NCBI GenBank assembly: GCA_951406725.2
Contig: OX597821.1
Location: 91,016,001-91,080,000, forward strand
DNA: 64,000 nucleotides
Reading direction: 5' to 3'
From: Octopus vulgaris
Taxonomy: Eukaryota
The notes beneath the pieces were generated by a model that was not told the origin of the DNA, ran no database searches, and saw only the letters and a program-made list of their open reading frames with translations. Position 1 is the stretch's first letter. Each line of letters starts with the position of its first letter. Below, one piece after another: positions 28,797 to 40,856 of this stretch. Made by a program: the position numbers and the translations under genes.

Positions 28797-29339
28797 TACT
28801 CTTTTACTCTTTTACTCTTTTACTTGTTTCAGTCATTTGACTGCGGCCATGCTGGAGCACCGCCTTTAGTCGAGCAACTCGACCCCGGGACTTATTCTTT
28901 GTAAGCCCAGTACTTATTCTATCGGTCTCTTTTGCCGAACCGCTAAGTGACGGGGACATAAACACACCAGCATCGGTTGTCAAGCAATGCTAGGGGGACA
29001 AACACAGACACACAAACACACACACGCACACATATATATGTACATATATGCGACGGGCTTCTTTCAGTTTCCGTCTACCAAATCCACTCACGAGGCTTTG
29101 GTCGGCCCGAGGCTATAGTAGAAGACACTTGCCCAATCATCATCATCATTGTTCGACCGTGGTCGAGACAATGGAATTTACCATGCTACGCCAGACTTCA
29201 CGGTCCATCATGGCATTACGGAGGTCCTGTTGCTGGATGCCTGTATCCCTGGAGATTACATCAGAGTTGGAGAGTGCCCAAGGTGCTACGCAGTGGGACT
29301 GAACCCGGAACCATATGGTTGGTAAGCAAGCTACTTACC

Positions 29340-29340
<1 letters not shown>
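28797..29340 (-). mobile_element. SINE family A interrupted by an RTE fragment
   Basis: Family A sequence resumes after the insert at 29137-29274. Confidence 0.9.
29137..29274 (-). mobile_element. 138-bp 5'-truncated RTE LINE 3' end with (GAT)n tail and 7-bp TSD
   Basis: Encodes DVISRDTGIQQQDLRNAMMDREVWRSMVNSI..* (RTE DR..WR motif); TSD TGCCCAA at 29130-29136 and 29275-29281. Confidence 0.85.
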
Positions 29341-29371
<31 letters not shown>

Positions 29372-29426
29372 ATAGATATATGTGTGTGTGTGTGTGAATG
29401 TGTTATATATATAGGTATATATGAAT

Positions 29427-29485
<59 letters not shown>

Positions 29486-29850
29486 AACACAATACATTAA
29501 AAGTGTATTTTGCTTGTTTGCAATTTTGGGAAAATACAAAGTAATGAGAAAATGTGAATACGAACGGAGTAAAGCATGTTTCGTATAAATCGGACGACTT
29601 GTTATTGAGATATTAGGGGTTTAGGGGGTATAAATACCCGAAACGGTGCATAATGGGAAAATTCTCCAAAAAATAACTTAACCCCGAAAGAGAGGAAACT
29701 CTTACCTTTCGATTTAGACACAATGACTTGATAAAAATCGTTGACGTAAATATTTATTCCAGACTTCTCAAAACCCAGCGTTACGACTCTTTACCAAAGC
29801 TATATAAAAAAAGGAGATTAACGCAAGCCAAACATTCAGTATACAAAATG

Positions 29851-30242
29851 GGGGGGGGGGGGAGCACTCCGTCGGTTACGACGACGAGGGTTCCGGTTGA
29901 TCCGATGAACGGAACAGCCTGCTTGTGAAATTAACGTGTAAGTGGCTGAGCACTCCACAGACACGTGTACCCTTAACGTAGTTCTCGGGGATATTCAGCG
30001 TGACACAGAGAGTGACAAGGCCGGCTCTTTGAAATACAGGTACAACACAAACAGGAAGTAAGAGTGAGAGAAAGTTGTGTTGAAAGAGTACAGCAGGGAT
30101 CACCACCATCCCTGCCGGAACCTCGTGGAGCTTTTAGGTGTTTTCGCTCAATAAACACTCACAACGCCCGGTCTGGGAATCGAAACCGCGATCCTACGAC
30201 TGCGAGTCCGCTGCCCTAACCACTGGGCCATTGCGCCTCCAC
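29851..30242 (-). mobile_element. SINE family D, full length, 10-bp TSD
   Basis: tRNA head tggcccagtggttagg...ggtttcgattcc on the minus strand; TSD ATACAAAATG at 29841-29850 and 30243-30252; oligo-C tail. Confidence 0.88.
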
Positions 30243-30545
30243 ATACAAAATGAATGGGTTAGCAACGCGCACTGAAGACTATCACTACTAAAATAATGAG
30301 TAACAGGAGAAAATAAGTCCAAAAATAATTAGTGATCTAATGACCACACACACGCAATCAATTTCTAATGCTAGCAACAACAAAGAAGCATAGTAAAGAA
30401 ACAAAAGACGTGGCAACAGCAAAAATCTGTTGAAAGCAAGAGAATTTTCAATGAAAGAAATTATGCCCAGTGATAAGGTTACATATGTATCTATATACAC
30501 ACCTAATTTAAAACAATAGTTATGTTTTTTAGTCTTTATTATAAA

Positions 30546-30939
30546 CTAGCAGTATCGCCCGGCGTTGCTCGGGTTTGTAAGGGAAATAACTATATAAGCA
30601 TTTTTAGAGAGTTATAGCAAAAAAATAGCAAAAAAATGCATTACAAATGGAAAAAAATTATGGTAAATTTTTTTTAAATCTTTGACTCATCGTAGACATT
30701 TTTAGAGAATTACTTCCCTTATATAATAGCGAAAAAATGCATTAAAATGGAAAAAAATGATGGTAAATTTGTTTTAATCGTAGACTCATCGTAGACCCGC
30801 GCTAATACCCAGAAGGGCTCGATATGAATCACGACTATAAGATACCCGGTTTTGGCTAAACTGCACCGCAAAATGTGGGAGTAGTTAGGAATCTAAATCG
30901 TAGGAGACAAACACACAACTTCACTTTTATATATAAAGA
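30546..30939 (-). mobile_element. Non-autonomous Helitron
   Basis: Minus strand TC...cccgagcaacgccgggcgatactgCTAG, inserted between A and T. Confidence 0.85.
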
Positions 30940-31334
30940 TGTTTTCTGCGTATCAGGACTTTATACTTTGTTTACACTAATAAGTTTATCTAACTTATTC
31001 TTATGCATGTTTCAAGGCTATCTGAATCTCATCAATCAGAATGTGTAATAGATATGCCTTCTACAGAAATACATTGCTTATAATGGGCGTCTAATAGCTA
31101 TACAGATTTTCTTGCCAGATCTTGATCGTTGGAGCGTTAGTGGTTTGCGTTATCGGACTTGCAGGAACGACGTGTGTAATTGTGATAATTATGGCCTTGT
31201 GTTACACAATTAGTTCTACTCCCAAATTCAGCATTCAGTACCACTCTGATATAACTAGTATGATATGACATCTCAAACTGGTCAAACCGATGTGGAATAA
31301 ACTGTAATGAAATAAAGTATGAAGATGAGAGTAA

Positions 31335-31763
31335 TACTCTTTACTCTTTTACTCTTTTACTTGTTTCAGTCATTTTGACTGCGGCCATGCTGGAGCACCG
31401 CCTTTGGTCGAGCAAATCGACCCCGGGACTTATTCTTTGTAAGCCCAGTGCTTATTCTATCGGTCTCTTTTGCCGAACCGCTTAGTAACGGGGACGTAAA
31501 CACACCAGCATCAGTTGTCAAGCAATGCTAGGGGGACAAACACAGACACACAAACACAAATACACACACATACATATACATATATATATATACATATATA
31601 CGACAGGCTTCTTTCAGTTTCCGTCTACCAAATCCACTCACAAGGCACTGGTCGGCCCGGGGCTATAGCAGAAGGCACTTGCCCAAGATGCCACGCAGTG
31701 GGACTGAACCCAGAACCATGTGGTTGATTAGCAAGCTACTTACCACACAGCCACTCCTGCGCC
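31335..31763 (-). mobile_element. SINE family A
   Basis: Full-length copy. Confidence 0.92.
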
Positions 31764-33168
31764 TATGGTCATGATAATGTTGTCGAAAAATTAGAAACCG
31801 GTTTCACCATTTTGAAAATATGTGTTCACACCCGTGTTGCACCCTGACTTCCAATGGAATTATATTGTACATCAGAGTTTTCAAATTGTGGTGGTTTTGT
31901 ACCAAAACTCATGTCTCCACTTCAGCATTTTCTCATTTTCCCGACCATAGTTCCTTGAAGAATATTTTTTTAGGGCCATTAGTCTTTGTAATATTGCTAT
32001 ACTACTTCTTCTTTGTTTTCATTACCACTATGTGAAAACCTTCATAGAGGCCATTGTAATACAGGATGGTTCTGCGAGCCTACTCATTCGTGATGTAGAA
32101 AAATTAAAACCCACTTTCACATACATCCATGTTGAATGCATATATTCATATATACATGTTTGTGTACAGTCTCTCGAGCACAACGAAGAAAAAAAGAATG
32201 AATTGAGATGCCTCGTTAGCACGAGTGTCACACGTGACAAATTATTAACAAATTAGGCTCATACCTTTAAAATTGTTTTTCTTTTAAATCAATATTATAG
32301 TTTTTTTTATACAGATTTTAAATCAACGTGAATAATAAAAGGAAACCAAAAACAAAGATTAAAAATAAATAAATAAATATATAATTACACAGATGAATCC
32401 AAAACAAACAAAATATAATGAAATATGATATAGATAATCAGAGTAACTTTATTTTAATTTTATTTGTATTTTAGAGTGACTAATTTTTTAATCATTTATG
32501 TTAACATTAATGAATATAGATGAACTTTGCCAACATCGTAATTTATAATTAAAAGTAGTAATTAGATATCTATTGTAGATGAATGAGATAAGCACATATA
32601 TTAACACATAAGCGAGTGCAAGTATGTTCACATAAAAACACGAATATTCGTGCACGCGTACACGAACACTTCCACGCACGCGCGCACGCATATATATACA
32701 CACACGCATGTATGTATATGTAGAAGGAGAAGGACAGAAGAAAATTCGCGCATATGTATATATATATGTATCTATATATATTTATGCGTGGGTATAGATA
32801 AACACGCACTCATATACATATGTATACACACATGTATGCATACAAGAAAAAAGATATATTATTTCTACATAAATACACATTGCACAGATATGCTTAAGTC
32901 AAACACGCCCAGCGTAGACATGTATATATATATATATATATCGATATGAAGATTGACAGACACATAGACAGCTAGATAGATAGATGCATGTATATATAAC
33001 GCATATATTCATGTACATAACGCATAACGCACACACCAAACAGCATTCGTCATCCAGACAAATAGATGTACACAGATACGTCTCTGTGTGTGAAAGAATT
33101 TTTGTCTTCCACTATAACCCCAGGCCGACAAATGCCTTGAGAGTGGATTTCGTTGACAAAATTTCGTC

Positions 33169-33212
<44 letters not shown>

Positions 33213-34649
33213 GGAGAGAGAGAAAGAGATACAGAGAGAGACAGAGAGAAAGAGAATGAAGGAGAGAGAGAATGAGAAGTTGGGAGAACGATACATTCAT
33301 GCATATTGTTCTATCCAGTTGCATAATCCTTCACACTGATAAAACTTTGAAGTGACTATCAATAACTTTTTATACATGTGGAGACAAATGTGTAATGAAC
33401 TCAGTGAACGGACCATGCCTTTTTCTATGAAGGTGAAATCTTTAAAACATTGATGGGTCCAGCATCACATTATGGATTTGTGGAGTGTTGGCAGAGGACT
33501 CTGAAGTATGAACAGGTTTGGTGGTAACAAACTAATCCTACTACAAAGTTGTAGAGTTTCGACCACCTCCCGGCTGAAATCAATTCGATATGGAGAGGAG
33601 AGTGGGTTGCTCACAAAAGAGAAGCAAGCATAGACGGACGGAAGGAAACAAGCAAGATATAAAGAAGATAATTCGCCCCCCCCCCCGCCTCTGTGTCTTT
33701 CGAAAAATATAACTTAGTCGACAAACACTGAAACAAGTTTTACGCTAGTTTAAATTTAATTTTTTTTTTTTGTTTTTTGTTGAATAAGTCTGCAAAAATT
33801 TTCAGGGTTGATAACAATCTAATTGAGAAACTAAACCTAAAAATAGATATTAACTTTCAAATTAACAATTAATTATCGAGATTGAAAAATAAAACCCTGA
33901 CCAGGATCGTTCAAATTAATGTTTTTAATTGGTTATCTGAGGTTATGCATCTTGTACAGAAGGGTAAATTGAGAGGATGATTTCGAAGACCAGTGCTCCG
34001 TAAGATAACTTTACTGATAAGGGAGGAACAACGATCGAGGTAGATGATTCGCCGAAACATGATATTACGAAGATGAATGAAGTGGAAGTCTAGAATGTTC
34101 GTGGCACAAATTTAGAAACATTCATTTGAATACTCCTACTGCAGAATCAGTCATTAACGTGGAGCGAACCTCATCTAGAGTTCATTCTAGGGAGTTGAAA
34201 TCCATGCTGAGTTCCAGCTAAGTGGAATCATCAATACCTAACGTAAATAGAGCAAAAGAGATATGAAAGTTTCCAATATGTCTGCCAAGTGAAACAGTAG
34301 AGCCCCAGAGATCTCTCTTTCAAAGAATCGACTGTAACATCACTTCAGGCCTAATTGAATAAATGTTTTTTCTTGGGAAGCGTATGAAGCTGAATGCCAA
34401 GAATTCATTTCCAAATTTTTCCGTTTGTTGACTTGCAACTATGTTGATAAACCTTCCACGTATTTTTCCCCACCTATATAATTATTTAAAACCAATTTTT
34501 ACTAAATCTAGCGGTTCACAACAGCTTGTTGAAATATCCATTTATTTATTTATTAATTTATTTAAACGGTGTCATTGGTCTTGGCCTTCAGATTCTCTGT
34601 GACAAACACAGTGGGTATGAGAATGAAAGAGTGGGAAACAATGCATTTG

Positions 34650-35400
34650 TATCGGCTATTCACGAACGATAAATCGCTATCGCTTTCTAGATGTTTATCC
34701 ACTTCCTAATATTGACGACCTAGCACCTTCTGTTTCCTACAATAAATTCTTCAGTAAACTGAATCTGAAAGCAGCATAGCATCAGATTCTACTCCACAAT
34801 GACGATAAGAGATACATGGCATTTCAATCTGATGGGCGCTTATTCCAGTTTATAAGGTTATCCTTTGGTGTGACTAATATCGTAAGTGCTTTCAAGGAGT
34901 GATTGATAGCATAATTACCGACAATGATATCAAAGGATTTCACGCTTATCTCGACAATGTTATTGTCGTTGACAAAACTATTAAGGAGCACGATGGGAAC
35001 TTGGCTCGATATATTTCAGTTTCTAAGAGACTAAACATTGTATTGGACAATGACAAATGTTTTCTCAGTCAAGCATCCATTTGTTACTTAGGATGTAAAA
35101 TAGAAAATAATTCTTTGTAACGTATTTCGGAAAGAATAAAACTTCACCTCATCGATTACCTGCTAAACAATCCCAGCGATGACTAGGATTGTTTCGCTAC
35201 TACTTTAAGTGAATGTCTCTTTTCCCGGACATAACTGAACCCAACATTGTCATTGTAGAAGAAGAGAAACGTAGACGTTATTCATTCGTTTAAAACTCCA
35301 ATGGCTTATGACACATACATTTACATTTTTCCAGGTGTTCCATTAAATGATGACACAGAGGATGCTGAAACCGCAATTTCAGGTGTTCTTGCAATAAACA
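34650..35400 (+). pseudogene. Ty3/Gypsy pol relic (RT and start of RNase H)
   Basis: DVYPLPNIDDL...FFSKLNLKAA*HQI...LFQFIRLSFGVTN / AYLDNVIV...EHDGNL...KC...YLG, then EDAETAISGVL. Stops and frameshifts. Confidence 0.88.
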
Positions 35401-36046
35401 CATTGCTTTCCACTTTCAAAATCTTTCACGCTGCAATCAAACTATCTCATCAATCGAAAACCGATGCAAGGTCTATCACAACAAATGTTAAACGAATAGC
35501 GAACACTTTTTACTTCGCGGTTATTTCACAATACACGTAGATAAACAAGCAATCTAATATTTATGTTTATACTTGAAAGTGGAGGTAAAGCAAGGCATAG
35601 GATACTCCCTAGTAGATAGAATAGTTCTACAGCTGATATCCTATGTATATATCTGGCATAAATAGCACCACGATTGTTTCTCTTCTGCTGCATCCAAACA
35701 TTTGTGTCTTGTGTCTTGACTCGATTACGGCACTATGTCAGAGCTATGAATTTCGTTTTTTAAAGGAAGAAATTTATCAAAAATTAGTTATGAATGTATT
35801 AAGGGCTTTGAATTAAAGACGAAATTCTACACTCCTCCAGATGCTAAATTCATAAAATCCATACAAACCTTGGATGTCTCAACATTGACTTCACTGCTAG
35901 GTTTTTTTTTTTTGCTGTAACGCTACGTTATGGAGACATAAACACATTAAATCTGGTTATAATGTGTTTAGGAGGACAAAAATGATAAGGGAGTTTCACA
36001 CACACACACACATATATATACAGTATGTATGTGGATGTATATATAT

Positions 36047-36089
<43 letters not shown>

Positions 36090-36127
36090 CATATATATAT
36101 GTATATATGTATGAATATATATATATA

Positions 36128-36235
<108 letters not shown>

Positions 36236-36431
36236 AGTAGTTGAATGAATTATCTTAGTATGGATAATTCGGTTAACCGATACCTGGGTAGCAAATTCAC
36301 GTCAGAAAAACACGGTTAAAGCTACATGCCAAGGGCAGATATCACGTGCTTTCGTGTGGAAATTTGTGTGTTTTTTTAATACAAATAAATGAAAGAATGG
36401 AGTTGAACGACGATTTAACAAAATTCCTTTA

Positions 36432-36514
36432 TTCTCGACATATGTTTCGAAGGTTGCATATTCCTAATTTCGAAGGAATAAGGCGTGCATTATGCCGCCT
36501 TCTCATCAGGAAAA
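36432..36514 (-). ncRNA. Type I hammerhead ribozyme (left arm)
   Basis: Reverse-complement copy of 36654-36736. Confidence 0.85.
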
Positions 36515-36653
36515 ACAAGGAACTTATGTCAGCATCAAGATGAACAAAAACTCTTAGATGGCTGCCCACACGGAGTCCATTATCGCTATAGACTCCGTGT
36601 GGGCAGCCATCTAAGAGTTTTTGTTCATCTTGATGCTGACATAAGTTCCTTGT

Positions 36654-36736
36654 TTTTCCTGATGAGAAGGCGGCATAATGCACCCCTTATTCCTTCGAAA
36701 TTAGGAATATGCAACCTTCGAAACATATGTCGAGAA
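36654..36736 (+). ncRNA. Type I hammerhead ribozyme, canonical core
   Basis: UUUUC-CUGAUGA-GAAGG..(44 nt)..CCUUC-GAA-ACAUAUGU-C/GAGAA; GUC triplet, predicted cut after 36731; AATAAA immediately downstream. Confidence 0.85.
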
Positions 36737-36777
36737 TAAAGGAATTTTGTTAAATTGTCGTTCAACTCCATTCTTTC

Positions 36778-36820
<43 letters not shown>

Positions 36821-36822
36821 CA

Positions 36823-36911
<89 letters not shown>

Positions 36912-37598
36912 CGAAGGACACACATGGTGACACACATCCACACATATGGAGATACGCATCCATACATACGGACACAGTACATAGTCAAAAAGCCCATACA
37001 CACAAACATGAACACACAAACATGAATATGCAAAATATATACATACGAACGTACACATATACATTGGTTCTCTACTGCTGCATACACACACTAACATGCA
37101 TACAAGCACACACACATGCATACATACTTACAAACATACATACATACATACATACGTACATACATACATACATACATATAAACATACATACATACATGTG
37201 TATGCGCACGCACACACTGACCCCCACACTTGCGCACAAACAAACAAAATTAACACAGCTCGGATATTGAAAAGGTTGCAAGACGCAGCGGAAATTTTAG
37301 GAAAAATAAATAAGCAAATGAGCAGAAACTTTACCGGTGAGTGTGTTGTGTTAAATAATAAGGCACTAAAAGAGAATGACTCCCCCCAGACACAATAATT
37401 TCCCTTAGTTATTGCACGGTGATGGCCATAAGATTTAAGCTTGTATAAAAATACTATTATTATTTTTATTATTTACAGGATTGTAAACTCGGCGCCGTAT
37501 AAAAAAAAGCATTTGCACCGAAAGCAGATAGAAAATTACTTTGCATAAAACAAACACGAGTTATTATATTTCTTAAATTTGACAGAAATTGGGAGGCT

Positions 37599-37779
37599 GA
37601 TTCGCTGGTGTAAAAGTAACACCTTTAGTCATGTTAACAAAGGGATGTGGGTTCGACTCCCACGTGGATAAGAAAGCCTTCTTCTTTCTGTCGCGGGCTT
37701 ATATGCCCCTTTATTAGACTATTTTCTTTAGTCTTTGCACGGTGATCGCCATAAGCATTAAGCTTATATAAAATACCAT
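37599..37779 (+). mobile_element. tRNA-like head with a short tail (rare SINE or tRNA pseudogene)
   Basis: Acceptor ATTCGC/GTGGAT, D-arm GTGT/ACAC, perfect T-arm GTGGG TTCGACT CCCAC. Tail 37721-37779 is repeated at 37398-37457. Confidence 0.6.
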
Positions 37780-37803
37780 ATATATATATATTTATTATAT
37801 AGA

Positions 37804-37860
37804 AGGAGCTTCTACAGGACTAGAACTGTTTCATTCAAGAGAAATCTTCAGGAAGCTCCT
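37804..37860 (-). ncRNA. Type I hammerhead ribozyme with 9-bp stem I
   Basis: AGGAGCUUC-CUGAAGA-uUUC ucuu GAAu-GAA-ACAG uucuaguc CUGU-A/GAAGCUCCU. Confidence 0.78.
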
Positions 37861-37909
37861 GCTTCCTGAAGATTTCTCTTGAATGAAACAGTTCTAGTCC
37901 TGTAGAAGC
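37861..37909 (+). ncRNA. Type I hammerhead ribozyme with 5-bp stem I
   Basis: GCUUC-CUGAAGA-stem II-GAA-ACAG..CUGU-A/GAAGC; GUA triplet, predicted cut after 37904. Confidence 0.75.
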
Positions 37910-39185
37910 TCCTTCTATATAATAAATTAATTTTACTCTGCTATGTATTGAGTACCTTATTTACTGTGGTTAACCCCGAATCAACCCGGGACCTACATAT
38001 ATATATATATATATATATATATACATTTGTCCAATGTGACATTCAGTGCCAATGAATTCGGAACTACTGAAGAGTGTTTATATTTATGTTTATGTATTCA
38101 CTTATGATAATTCGTGCGGAAGCTCGTAATTTTAATTTGTTCTTCATATCTGCTACTTAAATACTGTCAGACCTAGAACTCCAAATTTAGGTCTCAAGAT
38201 GTTCGTACAATTTTAGAGAATAAAATTATTATTCTAATTTAAAACATATTTATACCTTCCTATGGGATACACTTGAGGAGAAGTTTATGTAGAACAGTAA
38301 CACTTGACCCGCATTCAAGAAAACTGTCAGGAAAACGATGGGGTGACGGTTGTAAGGGAATTGCCTTACGAAATTAGCCTTCTCAATTGTACTGCAAACA
38401 AACAGAAGACTTAGAAAAGGCTATTTATCTTTCCTTGTTCAACGGAGCAGACTTCATTAAGATGTTTGAATACGAAGAATCTTATTTTGACTGTTAAATT
38501 TAAACAAATATGAGCCAAAAGTCGATTATATTACATTGACTGACGCTACCAATCATTATGTTCATAACAAATATCCAGATGTTCAAATTGACTTTGCTTC
38601 CACTGAAGATATTACCTTATCTGAAAAATTGTCTCCCATGAAAAAATCTACCAAGCGATATTTCTATTGAAGTGTGTTCAGTTTGTGACTACCATGATGA
38701 TGACATGCTGAAGATTTAGCCCCAAAACATTTGAATTGTTGCAGACTTTTTCATCGATGACTGCCCCAGCGACCTGCACAGATGTGTAACACAATAAGCA
38801 TGTAAGCAGGAACAGATGAACGTGAATTTTAGTTATTGAAGAAAAAAAATCTAGCCTCCATCACCTGAATTTCATCGTCACTCTACCATTCTTCGAAGCA
38901 CCAGCGGATGCAATGTAATTATTATTGTTACTTCTGGTCTAGGTATATTAAAGTATTGGTTAAAGACTTGTAGTCCCCTTTGCAATAAAAGTAGACAGTC
39001 ACATATTTGCATCTCGGATACAGAGGTTGGGTAGTTGAACTAAAAACGATTTGGTTCTTGGTTTCGCTTTATTTCGTTTCTTAACCGCATGAAGATATGT
39101 TCGATACTAAATTGTGGTGAAGGTTTTTTCATCAGATCTTGAGGATGAAATTTTGGAAGATGGAAACCACAGTGGAGCTTGTTAT

Positions 39186-39372
<187 letters not shown>

Positions 39373-39975
39373 ATACATTCACTCACGTTCACACACACAC
39401 CTATGAATTTCATGAAAACTTGTTATGTGTATATACATCATATCTAAGTTTGCGTATGTACACCACGTGCATGCACCCATTTCTGAATTCTGTATATGTA
39501 TGTCAGTGGCTAGGTAGGGGGTGTCACTGAGTGTCACTGTGTATCTATGTGTGAATATAGATAAATATATTTAGCTATATTTTAGTGTGTCTGCATAGGT
39601 GTCAGGTGAGAAACCTTCTGAAATCGATACCACTTCATCATTGTTCAAAAGCAATTTGGTTCTTTTATTGTGAAATCTAGATTAATGTGAAGGAATACTG
39701 AAGATGCTTTAAAGAATTAACAGGAATTAGTGGCTTGAATCAATAATACCATTTTCTGATCAACGATGACACTTAAATACATTTCCGCTAAATATTGTCA
39801 ACATTAATTCATTGCAAACACTTCATTTGAAAAATTATAGAAATTCTATAAAATTCCGCAATACTTTATCATTTTCTTTAACATTCCTCATACATCTTTT
39901 TAACCATTTTCATGTTAAAGGTACATCTTGGATAACATCTGACGCACTATCGTTTTCATCACCAACTATACACAA

Positions 39976-40140
39976 GGCGCAGGAGTGGCTGTGTGGTAAG
40001 TAGCTTGCTAAACAACCACATGGTTCCGGGTTCAGTCCCACTGTGTGGCATCTTGGGCAAGTGTCTTCTGCTATAGCCTTGGGCCGACCAATGCCTTGTG
40101 AGTGGATTTGGTAGACGGAAACTGAAAGAAGCCTGTCGTA

Positions 40141-40207
<67 letters not shown>

Positions 40208-40366
40208 TTGTGTGTCTGTGTTTGTCTCTCCAACATTGCTTGACAACCGATGCTGGTGTGTTTACAAAGAATAAGTCCCGGGGTCGATTTGTTCGACTAA
40301 AGGCGGTGCTCCAGCATGGCCGCAGTGAAATGACTGAAACAAGTAAAAGAGTAGAGTAAAGAGTAA
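39976..40366 (+). mobile_element. SINE family A with an internal deletion
   Basis: Jumps from ggtgtgtttac to aaagaataagtccc (TTAC microhomology). Confidence 0.9.
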
Positions 40367-40408
40367 GATCTTTATGAATATTGCATATATTTAACTGCAT
40401 ATTTTGAA

Positions 40409-40856
40409 GGCGGTGAGCTGGCAGAAACGTTAGCGCGCCGGGCGAAATGCTTAGCGGTATTTCGTCTGTTGTTACGTTCTGAGTTCAAATTCCGCCGAGG
40501 TCGACTTTGCCTTTCATCCTTTCGGGGTCGATAAATTAAGTACCAGTTACGCACTGGGGTCGATGTAATCGATTAAAACCTTTTGTCTGTCCTTGTTTGT
40601 TCCCTCTATGTCTAGCCCCTTGTGGGCAATAAAGAAATAAGAAATGTTAGCGTGCCGGGCGAAATGCTTAGCGGTATTTCCTCTGTCGTTACGTTCTGAG
40701 TTCAAATTCCGCCGAGGTCGACTTTGCCCTTCATCCTTTCGGGGTCGATAAATTAAGTATCAGTTACGCACTGGGGTCGATGTAATCGACTTAATCCCTT
40801 TGTCTGTCCTTGTTTGTCCCCTTCTATGTTTAGTCCCTTTTGGGCAGTAAAGAAAT
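40409..40856 (+). mobile_element. SINE family B dimer inside one 21-bp TSD
   Basis: TSD ATATATTTAACTGCATATTTT at 40385-40405 and 40857-40877. Confidence 0.9.

Larger units (their letters stand above)
36385..36783. mobile_element. 399-bp palindromic element (193-bp arms, 13-bp spacer) with a hammerhead in each arm
   Basis: Arms 36385-36577 and 36591-36783 differ at 2 positions; the right arm ends at (TA)n. Confidence 0.93.
37790..37995. mobile_element. TA-flanked element starting with a perfect palindrome (67-bp arms, 4-bp spacer) carrying two hammerheads
   Basis: Arms 37790-37856 and 37861-37927, spacer TCCT; AATAAA then a tail to (TA)n at about 37996. Confidence 0.9.

Noticed and set aside
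29620-29650. GGGTAT-AA-ATACCC-GAAAC hairpin
   Set aside because: No NUGAN-type core upstream and no valid cleavage triplet.
31000-31040. Minus-strand UUGAUGA...GAAACAUGCA hammerhead-like motif
   Set aside because: No convincing stem I or II and no NUH triplet; at best a decayed copy.
36429-36739. Near-identical 84-aa ORFs on both strands
   Set aside because: A consequence of the palindrome; no recognisable domain.
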